A DNA stretch of 64,000 nt from a bacterium (GCA_965213685.1 CBDBZY010000036.1:111433-175432), one strand, 5' to 3'. Counted from the first letter of the stretch, positions 1-9,876 are shown. The notes: generated by a model from the letters alone, not told the origin. Translations and numbers: made by a program.

Positions 1-558
1 CCCCGCCATGTTGATGAACAACACCAGGTTCACCACCAGCTTCAACTGGGCGGCCAGCCCGTTTTCCTCGCTCACGAAAATCGTTTTTTTTCCGATGGCG
101 TCAAAGGCGGGCCGTGCCTTCTCGAAAGCGGCCCTTGGCCCGGCGGACATCACCACCAGGTCCTTCACCGCCGCCTGCTTGCCCACGCCGCTCACCGGGC
201 AATCGAGCCAGCTCACCCCCCGCTCGGCCACCCGCTCCGCCATGGCTCTCGAGAATTTGGGAGGGACGGTGCTCATGTCGGCGATGACGCCGCCGACAGG
301 AATCCCCGCCAAAACGCCCTCCTCGCCCGACACCGCCTCCTCCACGACCGCGTAGTTCGGCAACGAGGTCATCACGAGGTCGGCTCCCCGGGCGGCGTCC
401 GCCGGCGAGGAGGCACGCCGCAGTCCCCTCCCCCCGAACTTCCCGAACATCGCGTCCACCGGGTCATAGCCCGCCACCTCCATGCCGGCGTCCAGCATAT
501 GGCCCGCAAACGCACCGCCCATGACGCCCAGACCGACCACTCCCACTCTCATGCCCAC
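1..558 (-). CDS. NAD(P)-dependent oxidoreductase, 3-hydroxyisobutyrate (beta-hydroxyacid) dehydrogenase family; 3' end runs off the window
   Basis: Manual translation of the minus strand gives (VG)MRVGVVGLGVMGGAFAGH...ADMSTVPP...LDCPVSG...QLKLVVN, which has the Rossmann GxGxMG, DxST and DxPVSG motifs and the catalytic Lys. An AAGGAG RBS lies upstream of the GTG at 558; the ATG at 552 is an alternative start. Confidence 0.85.
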   Translation of the reverse strand, partial: MGMRVGVVGLGVMGGAFAGHMLDAGMEVAGYDPVDAMFGKFGGRGLRRASSPADAARGADLVMTSLPNYAVVEEAVSGEEGVLAGIPVGGVIADMSTVPPKFSRAMAERVAERGVSWLDCPVSGVGKQAAVKDLVVMSAGPRAAFEKARPAFDAIGKKTIFVSEENGLAAQLKLVVNLVLFINMAG

Positions 559-700
559 TGCGAGAACTCCTTCTGGAAATGAAAATCCCCGAAATGAAAC
601 CCCAAAACCTTATTAGTAAAACCTTTTGCATTGCCGGAAGCCGGCGAAGGGGGGGGGGGCAGGCCCCCTGCGCGGTCCACGCGCGAGAGGTCTGCCATTC

Positions 701-1456
701 TCAGTGAATCACGTATCCGCCATCCACCACCAGGTTGTGTCCCTGCACGAAAGAAGCCTCCCCGGAGGCGAGAAACAGCGCCGCATTCGCTATGTCCATC
801 GGCTCGCCAAAGCGTCCCATGGGCACGTTGCCCAGGCGTTCGGCGCGCTCCTCGGGCGTCCTGTAGGCGTGTTTTTTGAAGTACTCCGTCGCCGTGGGTC
901 CCGGGCTGAGGGCGTTCACGAAAATGTTCTCGCGCGCCAGTTCGAACGCCATGGAGCGCGCGAGCTGAATCAGCGCAGCCTTGGTCGCGCTGTAGAGTGC
1001 GGTCTCCCACGCCGCCACGGAGCCCAGCTGGCTCGCCATGTGGACGATCCGCCCCCCGCCCGCCGCCCGCATGTGCGGCAAGGCGGCCTGGCTCGCGAAA
1101 AAGGGGCCGCGCAGGTTCACGGCGACCACGCGCTCGAAATCCGCGTAGGAGAACGCGCCGAACGAGTGATGCGAGCGAACGCCCGCGTTGTTCACCAGGA
1201 TGTCGACGCCACCCAGGAAAGCGGCGGCCTCCTCCACCATGCGCTCGGCGGCGCCCTCCTCAGTCAGATCGTAGGAGCCGAAATCCGCCTCCGCCCCGCC
1301 CCCGCACTCCCGCGCGACGGCCGCGAGTTCCGCTTCCGTTCCGTCGGCGGCCAGGAAAAGGCGCGCACCCTCGGCCGAGAAGCGACGCGCCACGCACTCC
1401 CCGATGCCGCGCGAGGCGCCCGTCACGAGCGCTCTTTTTCCATCCAGACGACCCAT
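701..1456 (-). CDS. SDR family oxidoreductase
   Basis: Motifs TGASRGIG, NNAG, YSATK (YxxxK) and VDGG are present. Confidence 0.9.
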   Translation of the reverse strand: MGRLDGKRALVTGASRGIGECVARRFSAEGARLFLAADGTEAELAAVARECGGGAEADFGSYDLTEEGAAERMVEEAAAFLGGVDILVNNAGVRSHHSFGAFSYADFERVVAVNLRGPFFASQAALPHMRAAGGGRIVHMASQLGSVAAWETALYSATKAALIQLARSMAFELARENIFVNALSPGPTATEYFKKHAYRTPEERAERLGNVPMGRFGEPMDIANAALFLASGEASFVQGHNLVVDGGYVIH

Positions 1457-1551
1457 CGCGCGTTTCTCCTTCCGCAAAATTGCGCTACCATTTCTCCTTC
1501 GCAGCGACGCCCGCGACGACGCCGCGCGCCAAGACCAAGGAGAATGCGCCC

Positions 1552-2154
1552 ATGCCCAGACCGGAAACCCCCTTTGAGGGACTCCAGCACGTCGCCATCA
1601 AGGTGTCGGACCTCGAGGAGTCCCTCCGATTCTACACCGGGATACTCGGCTTCACCCTCACCGAACGCCACGACCCCGGCGAGCACCCCACCCTCGCCGT
1701 GGGCCTCTGCTTCCTGCGGTGCACCGCCTTTCACCACGATTTGAACCTAGTATATCATACCGGCGAGGACACAGCTCTCCGCGCGCTCCGAACCGACGAC
1801 CAGGGGCCGATACGGGATTTGGGGTTGCATCATTTCGCGTTTCGGGTAAAAACCCCGGCGGAGTTCGCCGCCTGGCGGGAGTGGCTCGAGGAATGCGGCA
1901 TCCCCATCGTGCGGGGGCCCTTGGTGCACAGCCCCACCCATCCGGAGGGCGACGGCACGTGGGGAGAGAACAGGGCGATGTATTTTTGCGACCCCGACGG
2001 GCACCGCATTGAAATCTTTTGCGACCTCGCCGAGATGGACGAGGCCAACGGCATCGAGAAGCGGTGGTATGCGAACCGCCTCCGCCGGGAAGGAATCGAC
2101 CCCGCCGCGCATCCCCCCGTCGGTCCGCATCCGACGGGTGCCCTCGCGCGCTGA
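1552..2154 (+). CDS. VOC/glyoxalase family protein (single-domain extradiol-dioxygenase-like)
   Basis: Motifs LQHVAIKVSDLEESLRFY, HHDL, HHFAF and YFCDPDGHRIEI. AAGGAG RBS before the ATG at 1552. Confidence 0.85.
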   Translation: MPRPETPFEGLQHVAIKVSDLEESLRFYTGILGFTLTERHDPGEHPTLAVGLCFLRCTAFHHDLNLVYHTGEDTALRALRTDDQGPIRDLGLHHFAFRVKTPAEFAAWREWLEECGIPIVRGPLVHSPTHPEGDGTWGENRAMYFCDPDGHRIEIFCDLAEMDEANGIEKRWYANRLRREGIDPAAHPPVGPHPTGALAR

Positions 2155-2251
2155 GCCGCCCCCCGCGACTGACGGGCCTCTTCGTGGGGGCGCTTTCGAT
2201 GGCAAGGCCGGACCGCTCCGGCGGCCGATGTGTTTCGACGGGTGAGACGCG

Positions 2252-4018
2252 GTGAGTTGGAAAAAATTTCGCATACGGCTTCTCGGCTGGCTGCTCCACT
2301 TCGACTTCTCCTCCGATGGCATCTTTTATTTCACCACCATCTTTGTGGGGGCACTCGCCGGCTTCGTCGCCGTCTTTTTTCACCTTGCCCTGGGGTGGGC
2401 GCACCTCCTGCTCTTCGGCTCCCATGATCTTTCCGACATTCACCGGCCCTGGTACGGGGTGGCGCTGATACCCGCCGGGGGCGCCCTCCTCTCCGCCGTC
2501 CTTCTCCATTGCTTCGCGCCCGAGGCCCGGGGCAGCGGCATCCCCCAGACGAAAATCGCATACGTCGCCCGCAACGGCCACATCGAAAAGCGCGTGTGGA
2601 TAAGCAAATTCCTCATCGGGATTCTCAACATCGGCTCCGGCTCGAGCCTGGGGCGCGAAGGCCCCACCGTGCACATTTGCGCAGGCCTCGCCAGCTGGAT
2701 AGGCCAGACGTTCTCGCTGGAGAGGCGGCGCGTGCAGGCCCTCGTTCCCGTGGGGTGCGCCGCCGCCCTGGCCGCCGCGTTCAACACGCCGATCGCTGCG
2801 GTCACCTTCACGCTGGAGGAGATGGTGGGCGACCTGAACGCGCGGGTGCTCGGCGCCGTCGTATTCGCGGCGGTTTCGGCCTCCGTCGTCTCCCGCGCCA
2901 TCCTCGGCAACGAGCCCGTGTTCTCCGTACCGGCCTATTCGCTGGACAGCCCGGCGGAGCTGCTCCTCTACGCCCTCGTGGGCGTGACGTGCGCACTCAT
3001 CGGCGTGGCGTTCATCCGGGGGGTGCTGTTCATGCGCTCCCGATGGAAGCGCCTGCAGGGCGTCACGGCGATTCTCGCCACCGGGCTGGGGGGGCTGTTC
3101 GTCGGCGTCATCGGCATCGCGTTTCCCGAGGTATTCGCCGTGGGCTATCCCGCCGTGAGCAAGGCGCTCACGCACAGCTACACGCTGCCCTTCCTGCTGG
3201 CGCTGCTCTTCCTGAAGCTCGTCGCCACCGTGGTCTCCTACGGAACGGGGTCGCTCGGCGGCATCTTCGCCCCCACCCTGTTCCTGGGCGCGATGGCGGG
3301 GGGAGCGGTGGCCTCCGTCGCCGAGTTCGCCTTCCCCGGCTTCGCGGCCCACCCGGGCGGATACGCGCTCGTCGGCATGGGCGCGGCTTTCGCCGCCATC
3401 ATCCGCGCCCCCATGACGTCGGTGCTCATCATCTTCGAGCTCACGCAGGACTACAACATCATCCTTGCGCTCATGGCGGCGAACGCCATATCTCTCGGCC
3501 TGGCCAAATACTGGCACCCCGAACCGATATACAGCGCACTCTCCGCCCAGGACGGGATCGCGCTGCCCGACCATGAAACCGAACACCTCCTCCATGAAAT
3601 TCACGTGTCCGACGCCATGACGCGGGACGTCATCACCCTGCCCGCTAACATCTCGATAGGCGAGGCGATAGGGAGAACAAGGGAGGAGTCCCTCATCTCC
3701 GGCTTTCCCGTCCTGGACGCGGGCGGGAAGCTCTGCGGCATGGTGAGCCACTACGATTTCAGCCAGGCGGAGGCTGCCGGCATGTTGCGGGAGAATCTCC
3801 TGGCGATTGCGGCGAAGAAGTACATCATGCACGCGCATCCGGACCAGTCGCTCGATTCGGTGATGGCCAAGCTCGGCGACAGGCGCATCTCGCGGCTGCC
3901 CGTCGTGAGCCGCGAGGACCCGACCGCGCTTCTGGGAATCATCACCGCCGAGGACGTGATTCACGCTTTTGGCGAGGTGTGGCACGCGCAGCAGCACCAT
4001 CAGCACGATTCCGCCTAG
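2252..4018 (+). CDS. ClC family Cl-/H+ antiporter with C-terminal CBS pair
   Basis: GSGIP, GREGP (gating Glu), FTLEE (proton Glu), GGIFAP and PIY motifs. CBS domains follow (DAMTRDVITL; ISRLPVV...LLGIITAEDV). Confidence 0.9.
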   Translation: MSWKKFRIRLLGWLLHFDFSSDGIFYFTTIFVGALAGFVAVFFHLALGWAHLLLFGSHDLSDIHRPWYGVALIPAGGALLSAVLLHCFAPEARGSGIPQTKIAYVARNGHIEKRVWISKFLIGILNIGSGSSLGREGPTVHICAGLASWIGQTFSLERRRVQALVPVGCAAALAAAFNTPIAAVTFTLEEMVGDLNARVLGAVVFAAVSASVVSRAILGNEPVFSVPAYSLDSPAELLLYALVGVTCALIGVAFIRGVLFMRSRWKRLQGVTAILATGLGGLFVGVIGIAFPEVFAVGYPAVSKALTHSYTLPFLLALLFLKLVATVVSYGTGSLGGIFAPTLFLGAMAGGAVASVAEFAFPGFAAHPGGYALVGMGAAFAAIIRAPMTSVLIIFELTQDYNIILALMAANAISLGLAKYWHPEPIYSALSAQDGIALPDHETEHLLHEIHVSDAMTRDVITLPANISIGEAIGRTREESLISGFPVLDAGGKLCGMVSHYDFSQAEAAGMLRENLLAIAAKKYIMHAHPDQSLDSVMAKLGDRRISRLPVVSREDPTALLGIITAEDVIHAFGEVWHAQQHHQHDSA

Positions 4019-4215
4019 ACTCCGCACCCCGCCGGGGCTTTTATGGAGGAAAGGGGAATCTCATGCGCGCCACCTCCCCGCGCTCCAGCCTAGCGGGAGG
4101 GCGCGTTCCTGGCGGTGCGGCGCAAAACGCCGGGGCCGAACGCAGACGCTGCTCGCCTCCGTTGACGCTTCGACCGCAGGGGAACGAAAAATACCATGTC
4201 CGGACGTTGTCATTC

Positions 4216-4884
4216 ATGAGCGCGCACACACCAGACGCACCGCCGTCTATCGGCCAACCTTTCTGGCTCAAAAAGATTTTTCAGGCGGGCTTTCGGCTCG
4301 CTTTCGGCGGCGTCGACGTTCATGGCATGGACGGCGTGCCCGCCGACGGCCCCCTGATCGTCGCCTCGAATCACCGCAGCTATCTGGACCCGCTGATCAT
4401 CGCCTCCTTCCTGCCGCGGCCGGTACATCACATGGCCAAGCAGGAGCTGTTCCGCAATCCCCTACTCGCCGGGCTCATCACTTTTTTTGGCGCCTTCCCG
4501 GTGGACAGGGAATCCACGCGCCCCAGCACCTTCCGGATGGCGCTCCGGCTTCTGAGACGCAACGCCGCCGTGGTCATTTTCCCGGAGGGCGGCATCGTGG
4601 ACTCCTCTCCGGGCGAGGCGGGCGTGAAAGAGGGCATCGGCACCCTGGCCGTCATGAGCCGCGCCCCCGTTCTGCCGGTCTGCATCGCGGGCTCGAACTC
4701 CCTGATCAGCCCCCGGGGAATCCTCAACCCGTGGCTCTCCATTCGAGTGGGGGGACTCATCACGCCATCATCGGATCGTCCCGGAAAACCGCACCGGCGG
4801 GAGGTGGCCCAAAGCGTCGCCGACGCGATCAGGAGACTGGAGGCGGACGCCCTCGCCGCACAAAAAAGGCAGCGTGACAAGTAG
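4216..4884 (+). CDS. plsC: 1-acyl-sn-glycerol-3-phosphate acyltransferase (PlsC-like lysophospholipid acyltransferase)
   Basis: Motifs NHRSYLD (NHxxxxD), AKQELF, FPVDR and FPEG. The start codon is uncertain. Confidence 0.8.
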   Translation: MSAHTPDAPPSIGQPFWLKKIFQAGFRLAFGGVDVHGMDGVPADGPLIVASNHRSYLDPLIIASFLPRPVHHMAKQELFRNPLLAGLITFFGAFPVDRESTRPSTFRMALRLLRRNAAVVIFPEGGIVDSSPGEAGVKEGIGTLAVMSRAPVLPVCIAGSNSLISPRGILNPWLSIRVGGLITPSSDRPGKPHRREVAQSVADAIRRLEADALAAQKRQRDK

Positions 4885-4940
4885 CAGGGGGGGATGCGGA
4901 GGGATGGACGAGCACAACGACAATGATTTGCGGCGCCCCA

Positions 4941-5020
4941 TCGCAGGCCGCCGCGTGGCCGGAGGGAGGGCCACGCCTGGCCGGCACGTCCGCGCCCCCT
5001 CCGGCCGCAGCCTGCGGATG
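4941..5020. terminator. Long imperfect GC-rich inverted repeat between convergent plsC and porin genes
   Basis: CGCAGGC...GGCCGGAGGG can pair with CCCTCCGGCC...GCCTGCG. There is no clear U-tract. Confidence 0.35.
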
Positions 5021-5027
5021 AACGCGC

Positions 5028-6332
5028 CTAGAAGTTGTACTGGAGGCCGAGCTGAATGCGCGAGGCCTCGCCCTTCTCCCCGCCATGGGTCTCGCGCCAG
5101 CCCTGCATGAACTCCAGCCCGGCGCGCATCTTGGGCTCCGGGTCCCACCAGAAGTTGATGTGGAGCGTTTGGAGTTGTTCGCTGTTTTTGGCCATGAACG
5201 TCGCCTTGGCCACCTCCTCGAAGTCGTTCTGCGCCCAGCCGTAATAGATGCCCGAACTCGTGGCGTTGGTCCAGCGATGCGTGAGGCCGAGAAGCCCGCC
5301 CATGGAATCCACGGCGTCCAGCTTGCCGTCTGCGCCCAGCGTGGCCGCCGCCGACCCGCCGAACATGTAGTTCGCCAGGGCACCCTTGCCGAAGTTGAAG
5401 GTCGCCATGAGGCTGGTGCTGTCGAACAGGCTGAGCTTCGCGCCGACGTGGAGGGCGGAAACGAAGATGGAGTCTTCCGTCCCGCCCTCGTTGTAGTGAA
5501 CCTCTCCGAGGAGGCTGCTCACGTTGACGGCCCCCCAGTGTGGTCGCCAGCGGACGGCCGCAAGAAAGTTCGGCGCCCGATCCTGGGAGGACACCGTCCC
5601 GTCCGCCGTCCCGATGGCCGGGGCGTCGGGGTCTTCCACCGCGATTTGGCCGACGATCCCCCCCGCTCCGGTCCAGGTGTAGCGCAACTGAGGAAGGCGC
5701 GCGGAGGCCACGCCCGCCGGCCCCGCGAAGTCCACCGTGTCGGCGGCCACGTCCTCGTCCTGGAAGATGGACCAGGTCTGGCCCGCGAGCACCGGTCCCA
5801 ACCCGGCGTAGGCGTGGCGCAGGCGAAGCGCGTTGCCGCTGCCGAAGAAATCGGTCTCGACCCGGGTTTTCAGCTCGCCCAGCTTCGTCGGCGTTATGCT
5901 GTCGAGACGAATGCGCGTTTGCCGGGCGTGCATGGAGGCTTTCTGTCGCGCGCCCCCCTCGCCATCGAGCGGGATGGCGCTCGGGACGCCCCCGAAGTCA
6001 AATACGAAAAACTCATCGCCCAGGTCCGCATCGAAATCGTAGATCATGTCGAGCTTGACGTAGCCGCTCAAAGAAAGCGAGGTGTTGCTCTTCGCCGCCT
6101 TCCAGAAGCCCGGGACCGGGACAAGGCTGGCCGCCTCTGTTTTCTCTTTTCTCTCCGCAGCCTTCGCCCGCTCCTGTCGGGATTCCAGTTGTTCAATCCG
6201 CTTCTTCAGCTTCTCGAGCTGTGCCTTGAGTTCGTCGATTTCCCCGCCAGCCGCCGGCAGGGCGCACAGGGCAAACGCCATCCCTGCTCCCAGAAGCGCA
6301 AAAGCGATGCGATTCCTGCGGTTTGCGTTCAT
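5028..6332 (-). CDS. DcaP-family trimeric outer-membrane porin
   Basis: Signal peptide, then an N-terminal coiled coil (ELKAQLEKLKKRIEQLE), GYVKLDMIYD, ARQTRI, ETDF, LRLRHAY and LAGQTWS motifs, and a C-terminal Phe (YNF). Confidence 0.85.
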   Translation of the reverse strand: MNANRRNRIAFALLGAGMAFALCALPAAGGEIDELKAQLEKLKKRIEQLESRQERAKAAERKEKTEAASLVPVPGFWKAAKSNTSLSLSGYVKLDMIYDFDADLGDEFFVFDFGGVPSAIPLDGEGGARQKASMHARQTRIRLDSITPTKLGELKTRVETDFFGSGNALRLRHAYAGLGPVLAGQTWSIFQDEDVAADTVDFAGPAGVASARLPQLRYTWTGAGGIVGQIAVEDPDAPAIGTADGTVSSQDRAPNFLAAVRWRPHWGAVNVSSLLGEVHYNEGGTEDSIFVSALHVGAKLSLFDSTSLMATFNFGKGALANYMFGGSAAATLGADGKLDAVDSMGGLLGLTHRWTNATSSGIYYGWAQNDFEEVAKATFMAKNSEQLQTLHINFWWDPEPKMRAGLEFMQGWRETHGGEKGEASRIQLGLQYNF

Positions 6333-6413
6333 CTCCTTCTCTCCTCTCGATGTTCCGGTTTCCGCTCTTCTCTTTATGGCGGCGCGGAAAAATCCGGTCG
6401 ATTAGGCTCAAGG

Positions 6414-7283
6414 TCAGGGCGCGCCCGAGAGCGCCTTCTGAATGGTTCGGCGGATGAAAACGGGCGTCACCTGCCTTCTGTAGTCATCGCTCGCGCGAAT
6501 GTCGGTCAACGGCTCCAGGTCATCCAGCGCACCGGTGAGCACGGCGTCGATGTTCTCGCCGGTGAGCTCCTTCCCCCGAAGCCCCTCCTCCACCGCCGTG
6601 AGGCGCCTGAATACAGCCTCCACCCCGCCGAGGCCGATTCTCACTTCCCTGGCCGTCTTGCCGTCCTCCTCCGTGGACACCGCGGCGGAGATGGATATGC
6701 AGGGCTTGTCTTCCTTCGAGCGCGTGGTGAAGCGCGTGTAGGCCGTGCGGAAGCCGTCGGGCAGCGGATCGACCTCGATCGCGCACAGCAGCTCGTCCTC
6801 CTCGAGTGCGCATTCGTAATATCCCGTCCAGAATTCCGTCGCCGGAATCACCCGCTCCGCCCCGTCCGCCTTCCTGGTCTTCATGCGCGCCTCATATACC
6901 AGAAACGCGGCGGGAGGGTCGGACGCCGGCTCCGCGAAACAGAGGTTGCCGCCCACCGTCCCCTGGTTGCGGATGCGAATCGTCGCCACGTTGTGGAATA
7001 TCTCCGCGAGCAGCGGGAAGCGCTCCTGCACGAGGGGGGAGGTCTCTATCTTGCGATGCACCGTCTTCGCCCCGATGCGGATCCCGCCGCTTTCGGTCTC
7101 CTCGATGAAGTCCAGATCGTCCGCCCCCGCGATGTCTATCAGCACCTCGGGCGCATACACGCGGGATTTCATGAGAATCGAGAGGGCGACGCCGCCAGCA
7201 TACACTTTCCCCTCATCGCCGTGCTCTCGCATGGCGGCAAGCGCCTCGTCCACACTGTTCGCGGGCAGATGCTGAAAAGCCAT
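6414..7283 (-). CDS. Xanthine dehydrogenase/CO dehydrogenase family FAD-binding (medium) subunit
   Basis: Motifs AGG, VATIRIRNQGTVGGNLC and DIRASDDYRR. It lacks the Cys-rich 4Fe-4S insert of HcrB. Confidence 0.9.
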   Translation of the reverse strand: MAFQHLPANSVDEALAAMREHGDEGKVYAGGVALSILMKSRVYAPEVLIDIAGADDLDFIEETESGGIRIGAKTVHRKIETSPLVQERFPLLAEIFHNVATIRIRNQGTVGGNLCFAEPASDPPAAFLVYEARMKTRKADGAERVIPATEFWTGYYECALEEDELLCAIEVDPLPDGFRTAYTRFTTRSKEDKPCISISAAVSTEEDGKTAREVRIGLGGVEAVFRRLTAVEEGLRGKELTGENIDAVLTGALDDLEPLTDIRASDDYRRQVTPVFIRRTIQKALSGAP

Positions 7284-7302
7284 TTTTTATCCTCTCTGTT
7301 CG

Positions 7303-9597
7303 CTACGCGCCATTTTTCTCCCGTCGTTCATTCATGGCGGCCAGTATCTTCTCCGGCGTTATCGGCAACGTCGTGATCCGCACGCCGACGGCGTCATACA
7401 CCGCGTTCGCGATCGCGGCCGAGGTGCCCAGCTGCGCCATCTCTCCCAGCCCTTTGGCGCCATACGGCCCGGTGGGGTTTTCCGTCTCGATGAGCACGAC
7501 CTCGAGTTCCGGCAAATCCTGGGTCGTGGGCAGCTTGTAATCGAGCCAGTTCGCGTTCACCGGCTGGCCGTCCTCGACCTGAAAATCCTCCGTCATGGCG
7601 TAGCCCACGCCCATCAGCGCGCCGCCGTCCAGCTGGCCCAGCGCACCCGCGGGGTTCACGATGGTTCCCACGTCGTTCGTGCTGACGATGCGCAGCACCT
7701 CGAGCGCGCCGGTTTCGACGTCCACCTCCACCTCGGCCACCTTGGCGCCGTAGGCGTAGGCGGCGGACCAGTTGCCATACCCCGTCACGGGGTCGGGCGT
7801 CTCGCTCGGGGAATCATAGGAGGACGCCGTATAGACGGCCTCGCTGCCCTCCTTGTCATATATCTTCATGTAGGCTTCGGCGTGCGTCACCTGCTTCTCG
7901 GGAGAGCTGGTGACGAAAATCCGGCCCTCGCGCGCGTCCAGATCGTTCGGGTCGCATTCGAGCAACTCCGCAGCGCCCTGGAAGAGCATGTTTCTCGCCT
8001 CCAGCGACGCCAGGCGCGTGGCCTGGCCGTCGATGGTCGTCGTTCGGCTGCCCCGCACCCCCCATCCGTAGGGATTCACCGAGGTGTCGCCGTTGATGAT
8101 CCGCACGTCCTCCACGCGCACGCCCAGCGTCTCCGCGCAAATCTGCGCCAGCGTGGTGTCCGAGCCGTTGCCCATCTCGATGGTGCCCGAGAGCAGCTGC
8201 ACGGTGCCGTCCTTGTTCATCTTGATGAACGCGCCGGCGGTCTCCGGACCCATCGCGCGCGCCCCTGTGAAATGCACCGCCGCACTCAGCCCGTAGCCGC
8301 GCCTCTTGCCGTTGCGGCCCTCCTGCCTCTCGCGCCACGGCACGCGCTTGACCGCTTCCTGCACGCATTCCGAAACGCCGCAACTCGTGATCTTGGCGCC
8401 GATGATGGTAGTGTCGCCCCTGCGCACGAAGTTCTTCACCCGAAACTCCGCCGGGTCCATGCCGATCTCCTCGGCGTGTTTCTCCATGGCGACCTCCGAG
8501 CCGAACGAATAGCCGCCATTGCCCACGCCGCGCATCGCACCGCCAGGCGGCACGTTGGTGTAGACGACGTCGGCGTGATGGCGATAGGCCTTGTAGTGGT
8601 AGAGGCTCCCCCCCATGTGCGCCGTGATGCCGCCGACCACCGGTCCGTAATCGGAGTACCCGCCGTTTTCCACCACCATTTTGACGTCGCGCGCCAGGAG
8701 CATCCCCTCCTTGTCGGTGGCGATGCGGAAGGTGTGGAACTGCTTCGTCCGATGGGTGCCGAGGAGAAACTCCTCCTCGCGCGTGTAGTAGAACTTCACG
8801 GGGAGGCCCAGCCTCTTCGCCGCGATGATGGAGAGGAAATCGATGTTGAACTTGCTCGTCGCCTTGCCGCCGAAGCCCCCGCCCACGTAGTTCGTTACCA
8901 CGCGAATGTTGGCCTCGGGAATCTTGAGGAGCTTGGAGAAATACTGGCTCGAAAGGCTCGGGCACTGCGAGGAGTTGTAGACCGTCACGTCGCCTCGCGG
9001 AGACCACTCGGCGATGGACACGTGCGCCTCGAAGGAGGCGTGCATCTGGCGCGAGGAGGCGGAGGTGAGCTCGCTCACGTGGTGGGCCTCCTCGAACATC
9101 CTGTCCACCTCGCCGAACTCCATGTGCTTGGTGAACGCGACGTTGTTCGGCTTCGCCTCGTGGAGGACGGGGGCGCCCTCCCGCATCGCCTCGAAGGGGT
9201 CGAAGACAGCGGGGAGCTCCTCGTAGTCAACCTCGATGAGGTCGAGCGCCTCCTGCGCGACGTCCTCGGAGGTCGCCACGACGGCCGCCACCGAGTCGCC
9301 CACGTAGCGCACCTTGTCCGTGGCGAGGGGGCGCTGATCGTAGCAGACCGGCACGACGCCCCAGACCACCTCGTCCGGCACGTCTCTGGACGTCATCACG
9401 AGCTTGACGCCGGGGAGCCTCTCCGCGCGGCTGGCGTCGATGTTCCGGATGCGGGCGTGGGGGAGCGGACTCCCCAGCAGCTTGCCGTGGAGCATCTTGG
9501 GCAGGAGGAGGTCCAGGGTGTACATGGCCTGGCCCGTCACCTTCTCCGGCGCATCGACGCGCGGCACGCTCTTTCCGACGTATGCGAGATCAGTCAT
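7303..9597 (-). CDS. Xanthine-oxidase-family molybdopterin-binding (large) subunit
   Basis: VGKSVPRVDAPEKVTG, GGGFGGK, AMRGVG, EMGNG, GQLDGG and GAKGLGE (catalytic Glu). GGAGG RBS before the ATG at 9597. Confidence 0.92.
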   Translation of the reverse strand: MTDLAYVGKSVPRVDAPEKVTGQAMYTLDLLLPKMLHGKLLGSPLPHARIRNIDASRAERLPGVKLVMTSRDVPDEVVWGVVPVCYDQRPLATDKVRYVGDSVAAVVATSEDVAQEALDLIEVDYEELPAVFDPFEAMREGAPVLHEAKPNNVAFTKHMEFGEVDRMFEEAHHVSELTSASSRQMHASFEAHVSIAEWSPRGDVTVYNSSQCPSLSSQYFSKLLKIPEANIRVVTNYVGGGFGGKATSKFNIDFLSIIAAKRLGLPVKFYYTREEEFLLGTHRTKQFHTFRIATDKEGMLLARDVKMVVENGGYSDYGPVVGGITAHMGGSLYHYKAYRHHADVVYTNVPPGGAMRGVGNGGYSFGSEVAMEKHAEEIGMDPAEFRVKNFVRRGDTTIIGAKITSCGVSECVQEAVKRVPWRERQEGRNGKRRGYGLSAAVHFTGARAMGPETAGAFIKMNKDGTVQLLSGTIEMGNGSDTTLAQICAETLGVRVEDVRIINGDTSVNPYGWGVRGSRTTTIDGQATRLASLEARNMLFQGAAELLECDPNDLDAREGRIFVTSSPEKQVTHAEAYMKIYDKEGSEAVYTASSYDSPSETPDPVTGYGNWSAAYAYGAKVAEVEVDVETGALEVLRIVSTNDVGTIVNPAGALGQLDGGALMGVGYAMTEDFQVEDGQPVNANWLDYKLPTTQDLPELEVVLIETENPTGPYGAKGLGEMAQLGTSAAIANAVYDAVGVRITTLPITPEKILAAMNERREKNGA

Positions 9598-9876
9598 GGA
9601 ACCCTCCACTCGTGTGCGGCGTCGAAGCGGGCGCGCCGCAGGGTGCAATCCGCCGCGATTCGTTTATTTCTCCATATCGTACGGTTCCATTATTATAGCC
9701 ATCCGAGAGAGGAGATGGCAACTTGAAAAATGAAAAAACGCCGAGCCAACCACGAGCGCGCGCGCCCCGCTCCGCCTCCGCCCCGGTTTGTGATTCGCCG
9801 CCCGCCATGCTAGAAGGAGGAGGATCATACACATTCTCCCACCATTCCCGAAACGACTGAACGGGAGGGACGCGCG

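Noticed and set aside
2155-2251. Possible fluoride riboswitch and fluoride-specific CLC
   Set aside because: No crcB-motif consensus is visible, and the protein has GSGIP/GREGP rather than the CLC-F signatures.
7303-9597. Calling the Mo enzyme aerobic CO dehydrogenase (coxL) or 4-hydroxybenzoyl-CoA reductase
   Set aside because: It has no AYxCSFR active-site loop, and the FAD subunit lacks the HcrB 4Fe-4S insertion.
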